Shown here: in pieces, positions 10,026 to 17,703 of the stretch
Layout of the letters: every line of letters starts with the position of its first letter
Numbering within the stretch: the stretch's first letter is position 1
NCBI GenBank assembly: GCA_028693815.1
Contig: JAQUUP010000007.1
Coordinates: 4,921 to 68,920 of the forward strand
Reading direction: 5' to 3'
Length of the DNA: 64,000 bases
DNA from: Candidatus Omnitrophota bacterium
GTDB lineage: Bacteria; Omnitrophota; Gorgyraeia; Zapsychrales; Aceulaceae
Translations under genes and position numbers: made by a program
Notes under the pieces: model-generated
Told to the model about the DNA's origin: nothing
What the model saw: the letters and a program-made list of their open reading frames with translations, nothing else
Databases searched by the model: none

Positions 10026-11108
10026 ATGACAAATTTAAAAACGTATTATTGTTTATCTTCTCGAGAAAAATACAAGCGTGTTATTGCAGCTGTTCATATG
10101 GTTTATCGTTTGGTTAATTCGACATATAACACAAAAGAGCTTTTGATTCGATTGACGCGTATTATTTGTCAGCTTGTTGGCGCAAGTTCTTCTCGTGTTC
10201 ATGTTCTGGACGAGCAAACAGGAAAATTGAAATTTATTGCTATTTTTAATGGTAGAGTTAATATTCTCTTAGAAAAGAAGTCTGATTTTAAAAAAGTATC
10301 CAAAGATGAAAAGACTGTTGTTAGAGGTGGGGTAGTTATCCGTAACCGTTTTATTGGCTTGCCGCTTGTTAGTGATGAAAATATTGGCGCTGTTTTTATG
10401 TGTCGCAAAAGAACAGAACTCCCCTTTGATGATTTCGACAGAGAAGTGTTGTCTGTTTTAGCAGAACAGGTCGTAACGGCTGTCAAAAATCTTCAACTGC
10501 ATGAGATGCAGCAAAAAGTAATTTTGGATAGCATCAAATCTATGGGAAAATTTTTTGAAAAATATGGTCCGCTGAATAAATCAAATCATGCGCCAAGTTA
10601 TTATAATGTGGTTCGATGTTTAGCTGAAGAGCTTAATATGAAAGAAAAAGATACTCGCTGTCTCGAATATGCTAGTATTTTACACGATGCCGGATCTGTG
10701 GATGTGCCGTGCGATATTTTGTCTAAGACGAGTCGATTGACGCCGAAAGAGTTTAAGGAAATTAGAAAACATCCTCAGAAAAGCGTGGAGCTTATTAAGC
10801 CTGTTGCGTTTCTAAGACCAATTTTACCAATTGTGTTGTATCATCATGAATGGTATAACGGCATGGGTTATCCTTCAGGATTATCTGGTGAAGATATTCC
10901 TATGGGTGCGCGCGTTATGGCCGTTGCGGATGCGTTTGAATCTATGATTTCTGCCCGGCCTTATCGAAAGGGCAAAAGTCTTGCTGAGGCATTGAAAGAA
11001 TTGCAAAGACAAAAAGGATCACAGTTTGATCCAGTGGTGGTTGATGCTTTTTGTAAGATTGCTCGTCAAACAAAATGTAAAAAATACTTGAGCTTTATGG
11101 CTCGATAG
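10026..11108 (+). CDS. GAF-domain HD-GYP phosphodiesterase (c-di-GMP signalling)
   Basis: 360 aa; N-terminal GAF-like region and C-terminal HD-GYP (HDAG...HHEWYNGMGYP). Confidence 0.75.
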   Translation: MTNLKTYYCLSSREKYKRVIAAVHMVYRLVNSTYNTKELLIRLTRIICQLVGASSSRVHVLDEQTGKLKFIAIFNGRVNILLEKKSDFKKVSKDEKTVVRGGVVIRNRFIGLPLVSDENIGAVFMCRKRTELPFDDFDREVLSVLAEQVVTAVKNLQLHEMQQKVILDSIKSMGKFFEKYGPLNKSNHAPSYYNVVRCLAEELNMKEKDTRCLEYASILHDAGSVDVPCDILSKTSRLTPKEFKEIRKHPQKSVELIKPVAFLRPILPIVLYHHEWYNGMGYPSGLSGEDIPMGARVMAVADAFESMISARPYRKGKSLAEALKELQRQKGSQFDPVVVDAFCKIARQTKCKKYLSFMAR

Positions 11109-11123
11109 CCATATAATAAATAT

Positions 11124-11708
11124 ATGAATATAAATTATAAACAGACACAGTTTGAACTTTTTCCTGGAGCTTCTCGAGAGGCTCAAGATGCAGAAAAACC
11201 AAAGTTCTTTTTTTCAAGCATTACTCTAACTTTTGAGAACATTATTGTCTTGACTGTTTTGTTGTTTATGGCTATTATTATATCTTTCTCATTTGGGGTT
11301 GAAAGAGGAAAAAGAGGCGTATTGGTAAAAAGTGATATTTCAAGCCAAAGTCAAGATATTTTGATAAAATCCGAACCTCTAAAGGTGCCAGAGATCCCTG
11401 TTGAGGAAAATAAGATTTCGGTAGCCAACGAGACTCAAGAGTCTGTTGTGCAAAAGGTATCGGAACCTTCTATTTTAAAAGGATTGCCAGAAGATTTTTA
11501 CACTGTTCAGGTTGCTTCATTTAAGACGCGCAAATATGCAGAAAAAGAGGCGTTAATTTTAAAGAAAAAGGGCTATGAGATTTTTATTGTCCAAAAAGGA
11601 AGCCATTTGGTTGTTTGTGCAGGAAAATTTCTTGAGCATGATCAAGCAGAAGGTTTTTCAGTTAAACTAAAGAATAAATATAAAGACTGTTTAGTTAGGA
11701 GATTGTAA
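11124..11708 (+). CDS. SPOR-domain membrane protein (cell-division/septal PG binding)
   Basis: TM helix plus C-terminal SPOR-like FYTVQVASFKTRKYAEKEALILKKKGYEIFIV. Confidence 0.65.
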   Translation: MNINYKQTQFELFPGASREAQDAEKPKFFFSSITLTFENIIVLTVLLFMAIIISFSFGVERGKRGVLVKSDISSQSQDILIKSEPLKVPEIPVEENKISVANETQESVVQKVSEPSILKGLPEDFYTVQVASFKTRKYAEKEALILKKKGYEIFIVQKGSHLVVCAGKFLEHDQAEGFSVKLKNKYKDCLVRRL

Positions 11709-11709
11709 A

Positions 11710-11940
11710 ATGTCGATTCATCCATCACTTAAAATTGATTCTGCGGGCACTCAGCACAAGACTGTTTTGTCGAGAATTCAACGCATTAAAGATTTAATGA
11801 CAAAAGGTAAGTGGCAAGAGGGCAGCAATGTCACATCTTTACCAAAGACTAAAATTGTCAAAGTGAAAGCTCGAAAGACAAAGGCCGCAGATAAGCCTGC
11901 TGAGGGCGACGCAAAGAAAGCCGAAAAGGCAACGAAGTAG
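11710..11940 (+). CDS. small lysine-rich basic protein, hypothetical
   Basis: 76 aa with a KTKAADKPAEGDAKKAEKATK tail; tight spacing to neighbours suggests a real gene. Confidence 0.4.
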   Translation: MSIHPSLKIDSAGTQHKTVLSRIQRIKDLMTKGKWQEGSNVTSLPKTKIVKVKARKTKAADKPAEGDAKKAEKATK

Positions 11941-11954
11941 ATCCTTGTTTTGGG

Positions 11955-12566
11955 ATGAACATGGTTAGCTTCTTTATTATTGCGCTTATTTTCTTTTTTT
12001 CTATTATTCTTCATGAATGCGCCCACGGTTGGGTGGCATATCGCCTAGGAGACCCCACTGCGAAAGAGCAGGGGCGTTTAACGCTTAACCCTATTAAGCA
12101 CGTTGATTTTTTTGGAACAATTGTTTTGCCATTGATGCTGGTTGTCATTGGTTCTCCTATTATTTTAGGTTGGGCGAAGCCTGTTCCTGTTAATTTCTCA
12201 AGACTTCGTAATCCAAAAAAAGATATGATGCTCGTAGGCCTTTCAGGTCCGATGACGAATATTTGCTTGGCTTTTATTCTAAGCATTATTTTGAAAAGTA
12301 ATATCTTTCCATTTGTTAGTCATGTTCTTCAAATCGGCGTTGTGCTCAATCTTGTTTTAGCTATTTTTAATCTTATTCCTATTCCACCTTTGGACGGATC
12401 CCGTTTTGTTATGGGGCTTTTATCCGCACGATATGCATACTATTATGCAAAACTTGAGAGATATGGAATTGTTATTGTTTTTCTGTTATTATATTTTGGA
12501 GTTTTAAATCGTGCTGTTTGGCCTGTTGTTGCTCAATTGTCCAGTTATTTAGGAGTTCAGATATGA
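11955..12566 (+). CDS. site-2 protease family zinc metalloprotease (peptidase M50)
   Basis: Polytopic membrane protein with HEXXH (HECAHG) and the downstream LDG motif (IPPLDGSRF). Confidence 0.75.
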   Translation: MNMVSFFIIALIFFFSIILHECAHGWVAYRLGDPTAKEQGRLTLNPIKHVDFFGTIVLPLMLVVIGSPIILGWAKPVPVNFSRLRNPKKDMMLVGLSGPMTNICLAFILSIILKSNIFPFVSHVLQIGVVLNLVLAIFNLIPIPPLDGSRFVMGLLSARYAYYYAKLERYGIVIVFLLLYFGVLNRAVWPVVAQLSSYLGVQI

Positions 12567-13651
12567 AGAATGTATGTGTTTCGCTAAAAGAGAATAGTTA
12601 TAAAATTATTGTTGGACATAATATTTTATCTAAAATTGGTAATCAAATAAAATTTCTTAAAATTGGAGATGATGCCGTCATTATCACCAATCCTTTAATT
12701 AAAAAACTTTATGGTAACGCATTAAGTAAAAGTTTAAAGAAATCTAAAATATCTGCTAAATTCTTTTGCGTCCCTGATACAGAAAAAAGTAAATCTCAAA
12801 AAGTTGCGTTTGACGTTATTCAAAAAATTGCTCAATATGATGTGAAGAAAAAGATTTTTGTTATTGCGTTTGGAGGCGGTGTTGTTGGCGATTTAGCTGG
12901 GTTTGTGGCTGCTTTATATAAAAGAGGCATCCCGTTTATTCAAGTGCCAACCACATTTTTAGCGCAAGTTGATTCAGCCATTGGCGGCAAGGTAGCTATT
13001 GATTTGCCGGCTGGAAAAAATTTGGTAGGTGCGTTCTATCAACCTAAGTTAGTTTTTAGCGATGTTGCTGTTCTCAAAACTTTGAGCCAGAGGCAAATCA
13101 GAAATGGTTTGGCTGAGTCTGTTAAGTATGGAGTTATCAAGGACAAGGATTTGTTTGTCTATATTAGTTGTAATTATAAGAAATTGTTATCGCTTGATTT
13201 GCCTGCGTTGAGCCATGTTGTTTTAAAATGCAGCCATATTAAAGCAGATGTTGTTTCTAGAGATGAGAAAGAAAAAAAAGGTATTCGAACTATTCTAAAT
13301 TTTGGGCATACGATTGGTCATGCTATTGAAACAGTTAGCTCTTATGATCGGTATCAGCACGGAGAAGCAGTCAGCATTGGGATGCGCGCAGCAGGCTCTA
13401 TTGCCTGCGCTATGGGCTTGTTTAGCCAAAAAGATTTAGATGCCCTTGAAAGTCTTTTGTCTCAAATTGGGTTACCTGAAAAAATAAAGAATGTTAATGT
13501 TTCTAGCCTGATGAAGATTATGGTGCATGACAAAAAGAATATTTCCAAAAAGAATCGATTCGTGCTTCCGCAGAAAATAGGGCAGGTTTGTGTTTTAGAG
13601 GGGGTTTCTTTGCCCCTGATTCAGAAAACAGTCAAGTTTTATTGCGCTTAA
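12563..13651 (+). CDS. aroB: 3-dehydroquinate synthase
   Basis: Gly-rich NAD loop GGGVVGDLAGF, KTLSQRQIRNGLAE and HTIGHAIE metal-binding motifs. Start trimmed to the Met of MKNVCVSL inside the longer track ORF. Confidence 0.85.
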   Translation: MKNVCVSLKENSYKIIVGHNILSKIGNQIKFLKIGDDAVIITNPLIKKLYGNALSKSLKKSKISAKFFCVPDTEKSKSQKVAFDVIQKIAQYDVKKKIFVIAFGGGVVGDLAGFVAALYKRGIPFIQVPTTFLAQVDSAIGGKVAIDLPAGKNLVGAFYQPKLVFSDVAVLKTLSQRQIRNGLAESVKYGVIKDKDLFVYISCNYKKLLSLDLPALSHVVLKCSHIKADVVSRDEKEKKGIRTILNFGHTIGHAIETVSSYDRYQHGEAVSIGMRAAGSIACAMGLFSQKDLDALESLLSQIGLPEKIKNVNVSSLMKIMVHDKKNISKKNRFVLPQKIGQVCVLEGVSLPLIQKTVKFYCA

Positions 13652-14100
13652 GGATTAAGCTTCAAGACAAACACTTCTCCTTGATTAAAGATTTTCACAC
13701 TATCTTCCGTAATAGCCAAGACTTTTTTGTCACCAATGGCGTCACCCTGCTGAACAATTTTAGCGTTGATTAGTGCTGTATAATGATCGCCTGATTTCAT
13801 GATACCATTTAAATTAAGACCAGAAGAAGAGATTATTTTTTTTTCTGATGTTGTATTTTGATTGGCTGGAGGTAAGATATTTGTATGCTCAATGAACGTA
13901 GGCTTTGAAGCATGGTTAGTGGAAAGAAGAATTGTGCTTAAAACAACAGCACATCCAAAAAAACCACCAACAATAACGAGCATGGCTATTTTGACCCAAG
14001 GATCTTTTTTGAAAGAATCTTTTTGGGCCGGATCACCGCTATGCTTCTGCCTTTCTAAGACAGATTGTGTTTTCTTAAGGGCTTCATTTATGATACTCAT
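13648..14100 (-). CDS. GspB-like membrane protein (partner of ExeA-type ATPase)
   Basis: 150 aa, N-terminal TM; sits directly downstream (on the - strand) of the ExeA-like ATPase with a 4-bp gap. Confidence 0.45.
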   Translation of the reverse strand: MSIINEALKKTQSVLERQKHSGDPAQKDSFKKDPWVKIAMLVIVGGFFGCAVVLSTILLSTNHASKPTFIEHTNILPPANQNTTSEKKIISSSGLNLNGIMKSGDHYTALINAKIVQQGDAIGDKKVLAITEDSVKIFNQGEVFVLKLNP

Positions 14101-14103
14101 ATT

Positions 14104-14904
14104 TTATCCTAGTTCTTCAATACATTTTTTGATAATGTCAAAATCAATCGAAAAAGTCTCTGCGACAAATCCAGCTAAAAGTGCTCTGTCGCAAAGAATA
14201 TTGATTAAGCGAGGTGTTCCGGTTGAATATTGATAAATCTCATTAATGGCTTCATCGGTAAATTGGATTTTTTGATTGGATCCAGCAATTTTGAGTCGAT
14301 GAATTACATATTCTTTAAGTTCTGTTTTTTCAAGTGGCTTAATGTGGCAACGAATAGTAATACGCTGATTAAGTTGGCGCAACGATGTAAGCTTTAGTTT
14401 TTGACACAATTCGGGTTGGCCAACAAGGATAATTTGCAAAAGTTTTTCTTTTTCTGTTTCTAGGTTAGACAAAAGACGGATTTGTTCTAACTGAGATTCT
14501 TTAAGGTTTTGTGACTCATCAATAATCAGAACGACATTGTTGCCGTGGCTTGTCTCGTTAAGCAAAAAATCGTTTAAAGCGTTGATAATTGCTGATTTGT
14601 TCTTGCTTTTAATTTCGATGCCGAAATCTTTTATAACCATTTGCAGAAGTTGAAGTTCGGAGAAGTTTGGATAAAGAATAAATGCAGTTTTTGTTTTTTG
14701 GTCAAGGGTGTTTAGAAGTGCTCGACAAAGCGTTGTCTTACCGGTTCCGATTTCTCCTGTGATGAGAATAATGCCTTTACGCTGTTGAATGCCATAAGTT
14801 AAATGGGAAAATGCTTCGGAGTGATGTGCGCTGGAAAAAAAGAATGAGGGATCGGAAGTAACGTTAAAAGGATTTTCTTTAAGTCCATAAAATTGTTTAT
14901 ACAT
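14104..14904 (-). CDS. ExeA/GspA-like AAA ATPase
   Basis: Canonical N-terminus MYKQFYGLKENPF (ExeA family) and Walker A GEIGTGKTT. Start trimmed to this Met inside the longer track ORF. Confidence 0.75.
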   Translation of the reverse strand: MYKQFYGLKENPFNVTSDPSFFFSSAHHSEAFSHLTYGIQQRKGIILITGEIGTGKTTLCRALLNTLDQKTKTAFILYPNFSELQLLQMVIKDFGIEIKSKNKSAIINALNDFLLNETSHGNNVVLIIDESQNLKESQLEQIRLLSNLETEKEKLLQIILVGQPELCQKLKLTSLRQLNQRITIRCHIKPLEKTELKEYVIHRLKIAGSNQKIQFTDEAINEIYQYSTGTPRLINILCDRALLAGFVAETFSIDFDIIKKCIEELG

Positions 14905-15033
14905 GGGATAAATTATATCATGTGAAGAGGTTTTGTAAAGGTTGTAAATACATGAAAAAAAAGTGGTTGTCGCTCTAAGAAAATATGCTATACTTTTAAT
15001 AGCCACGGAACCTTAACCTTAAGGAGAAGTGGC

Positions 15034-15390
15034 ATGTTTGTTGAAAATCAAGATAAAATAGAAAAACGCGTATTTCGAAGGACTAGCTTTAAAGAGCCTA
15101 TATCTTATTTATTTACAGATCCTGAAGACGATGTGGGTGGTTGTCTTGGATCTGATCTTAGCGAGCGTGGGCTTTGTGTTAATTTTAATCGTTTTGTGCG
15201 TCCAAAAACAGATATGGTTTTCAAATTTCGTTTGTCAGGGGCTTCAGATGTTTTAATGGCAAAAGGACGGGTTGTGTGGGCGCATCGGGTTCCATGTTCA
15301 GACCGTTATCAGTTAGGTATAGAATTTGAAGAAACAAATACAAGAGTTCAAGAAGACATCCGCCAATACGTTGGATCTCATATCAAGTAA
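15034..15390 (+). CDS. PilZ-domain protein
   Basis: 118 aa with RRTSF (RxxxR) and DLSERGLCV (DxSxxG) c-di-GMP-binding motifs. Confidence 0.65.
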   Translation: MFVENQDKIEKRVFRRTSFKEPISYLFTDPEDDVGGCLGSDLSERGLCVNFNRFVRPKTDMVFKFRLSGASDVLMAKGRVVWAHRVPCSDRYQLGIEFEETNTRVQEDIRQYVGSHIK

Positions 15391-15451
15391 TATCATCCTA
15401 TAAAGTAATAATTATACTAGTTTTATTCTTAGGAAAGGAGTAGAAGTACAC

Positions 15452-15616
15452 ATGGCTAAAGCAACAGAAGAACAGGTGACCAATTGTCCTGCCTGCAAAA
15501 AGCATCTTAAAAAATCGAAGAAGTATTATCGAAATGGACAATATTTTTGTAATAAAAATTGCTGGAACAAAGTAAACAAATCAGCACAGGAAGAGTCTCA
15601 AGAAGAAAAGGGGTAA
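15452..15616 (+). CDS. small zinc-ribbon protein (54 aa; not in ORF track)
   Basis: ATG preceded by AGGAAAGGAG; CPAC...C-N-K-N-C pairs of cysteines; lies between the two PilZ genes. Confidence 0.4.
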   Translation: MAKATEEQVTNCPACKKHLKKSKKYYRNGQYFCNKNCWNKVNKSAQEESQEEKG

Positions 15617-15623
15617 TAAGAAA

Positions 15624-16001
15624 ATGATTATGTCTTCTAACGAAAGACGAAGGGATCCTCGCGTAGATAATAATGTTCCTGTTAAAATTTCGAGCGAGGA
15701 TTTTGATGTTGTTACTGAAAGCAAGAATTTAAGCTCTTCAGGGGCTTATTGTTTGGTGGACAAGCCTTTGGAACCTATGACCAAGCTTAAGATTCAGCTT
15801 TTACTCCCAGTGAAGCAAAAGAATAAAACGATTGTAAAGAAAATATCTTGTTGTGGAGTTGTGGTGCGTTCACAACCGCAAGAAGATAAAAAGTGCTTTA
15901 GCACGGCAATTTATTTTAATGACATCAAAGACAAAGATAAAAAAGTCATTACCCAGTATATTGATGTGCTCCTAAAGAATAAGATTTCAACTAATAATTA
16001 A
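15624..16001 (+). CDS. PilZ-domain protein
   Basis: 125 aa with RRDPRV and SSSGAYC motifs. Confidence 0.6.
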   Translation: MIMSSNERRRDPRVDNNVPVKISSEDFDVVTESKNLSSSGAYCLVDKPLEPMTKLKIQLLLPVKQKNKTIVKKISCCGVVVRSQPQEDKKCFSTAIYFNDIKDKDKKVITQYIDVLLKNKISTNN

Positions 16002-16023
16002 ATTTTAAAAAAGGTCTGTTATT

Positions 16024-16185
16024 ATGGAAAATGGTGTCACGGTGTCAATAACGCCTCTTCAGATTTTATTGTCTTTGGCTTTTCAGGCTTGGATTGTTAT
16101 TTTTCCAATTATTATTATTAGAAAATTAAATTCTATTTCAGAATTATTGCAATCGCAGTATGAAGACGAATCCGAAGAGTCTTAA
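16024..16185 (+). CDS. possible small membrane protein (53 aa), low confidence
   Basis: Hydrophobic ORF MENGVTVSITPLQILLSLAFQAWIVIFPIII... in the 158-bp gap; its end overlaps the rluA start in another frame. Confidence 0.2.
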   Translation: MENGVTVSITPLQILLSLAFQAWIVIFPIIIIRKLNSISELLQSQYEDESEES

Positions 16186-16870
16186 AGCAGCACACATTAA
16201 GCTAGTTCCGATTTTATATAAAGATGATCAGTATGTTGTTTTCGATAAGCCTGCAGGTTTACTTGTAATTCCTACCCCTCAAAAAGAACAGCGAACATTA
16301 GAAAGTATTGTTAATGGCTACGATATTGATAAGAAAGAGGCTAAGCTCTATCCATGCCATCGTTTAGATCGCGATACTTCGGGTGCAATTATTTTTGCGT
16401 GGGGAAAAAATAATCAAAGGCGCATGATGGATCTTTTTAAGAACCGTAGTGTTAAGAAAATATATTTGGCGATTGCACATGGGATTTTAAAGAAAAAAAG
16501 CGATCAGATTAAAGCGGTGATAAAAGATTTTGATGCGCAAAAGTATCATTCAAAATCAAAAGGGCGTTTTGCTCAAACAGATTATCGCGTGATTGGCCAA
16601 GGTAAAGAGTTTAGTTTTCTTGAAGTTTTTCCTAGGACCGGTAGGACAAATCAAATCCGCATTCATTTAAGCCAGATTGGCCATCCGCTTGTTGGCGAAA
16701 GAAAATATGCATTTGCAAAAGATTATTTGTTAAAATTTAGGCGCACAGCGTTGCATGCGCATATATTGGAATGCCAAAATCCAATTACAGGCAAGATGAT
16801 TAAAGCCAAGGCCCCGTTGCCTGAGGACATGGAAAAGTTTTTATTAAATTATGATTATCAAGGAGTATAA
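16160..16870 (+). CDS. RluA-family pseudouridine synthase
   Basis: HRLDRDTSG catalytic motif and FDKPAGLLV N-terminal region. Confidence 0.85.
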   Translation: MKTNPKSLKAAHIKLVPILYKDDQYVVFDKPAGLLVIPTPQKEQRTLESIVNGYDIDKKEAKLYPCHRLDRDTSGAIIFAWGKNNQRRMMDLFKNRSVKKIYLAIAHGILKKKSDQIKAVIKDFDAQKYHSKSKGRFAQTDYRVIGQGKEFSFLEVFPRTGRTNQIRIHLSQIGHPLVGERKYAFAKDYLLKFRRTALHAHILECQNPITGKMIKAKAPLPEDMEKFLLNYDYQGV

Positions 16871-16871
16871 T

Positions 16872-17186
16872 ATGACAGAAGCGATTATAAAAAATATGAC
16901 TTTAGATCAATTGACAACGCTTTGCCATGATACGGCTGTAGAAAAAGGGTTTTGGGATCAGGAGCGTAATATTGGGGAGGCATTAATGCTCGTTGTGACT
17001 GAATTGGCTGAAGCAATGGAATCTTATCGTATTGAAGATCAAGATAATTTTAAAGTAGAAATCGCTGATACATTTATTCGTCTTTTTGATCTGTGCGGCG
17101 GGTTAGGCATTGATATTGCTGAAGAGATTGAAAAGAAATCTGAAAAGAATAAAAAACGTCCGTATAAGCATGGAAAAATTTGCTAA
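16872..17186 (+). CDS. MazG-like nucleotide pyrophosphohydrolase domain protein
   Basis: About 105 aa; EALMLVVTELAEAMES helix with the EExxE-like pattern; AAGGAG RBS 8 nt upstream. Confidence 0.65.
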   Translation: MTEAIIKNMTLDQLTTLCHDTAVEKGFWDQERNIGEALMLVVTELAEAMESYRIEDQDNFKVEIADTFIRLFDLCGGLGIDIAEEIEKKSEKNKKRPYKHGKIC

Positions 17187-17197
17187 GGAGGAAACAT

Positions 17198-17689
17198 ATG
17201 CTTAAATTAAAACAAAGGAATTATAGCCGGAGCATTGGGTTTGTGTTTTTAGGATTATTATTTGTTATTTCTTCAGGGTGCGTTACTGTGAAAATGCCAC
17301 AGTATATAAGTCCGGAGAAATCGTATCAGAGGTCATTTTATGCGGGTTACAAGGAAGCGCTTAACGCAACGATTGTTGCGCTTGAGAAAACAGGATGGAA
17401 AATTTCGAAAGAAACGCATCCTTTTGTTTTTGAGAAGGACGAAATGTCTCGCGATAATGAGATTCGCCAAGTTTTAATTCTTACAAATATTCGGCAAAAA
17501 GCAATGCTTTTAGGTTCACGGTATACGACGATTAATGTTTTAGTTAGAGAAAGCGGACAAAAAACAAATATTGAAATTCGCTATTTTTCAACATTATCAA
17601 CTGCGATAAAGAATTTTGACAGCTATCAAAACGACAGTCTTGTTGATCAAATATTTAAGCTCATCGCTGATCAATTAGAAACAAAATAA
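17198..17689 (+). CDS. hypothetical lipoprotein
   Basis: Signal peptide with lipobox ISSGC; AAGGAGG RBS upstream. Confidence 0.5.
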   Translation: MLKLKQRNYSRSIGFVFLGLLFVISSGCVTVKMPQYISPEKSYQRSFYAGYKEALNATIVALEKTGWKISKETHPFVFEKDEMSRDNEIRQVLILTNIRQKAMLLGSRYTTINVLVRESGQKTNIEIRYFSTLSTAIKNFDSYQNDSLVDQIFKLIADQLETK

Positions 17690-17703
17690 AATATCATTGC
17701 TTT

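Noticed and set aside
12518-12562. N-terminal extensions of track ORFs for aroB, the IMPDH-like gene (24510-24578), ybeY (44400-44441), dtd (49102-49200), panB (56737-56805) and the ExeA-like gene (14905-15006)
   Set aside because: Conserved family N-termini begin at internal Met codons. The extensions overlap upstream genes or intergenic repeats and lack RBS support.
13588-14233. Plus-strand ORFs 13588-13773 and 13862-14233
   Set aside because: They overlap the minus-strand GspB-like and ExeA-like genes, with no family resemblance.
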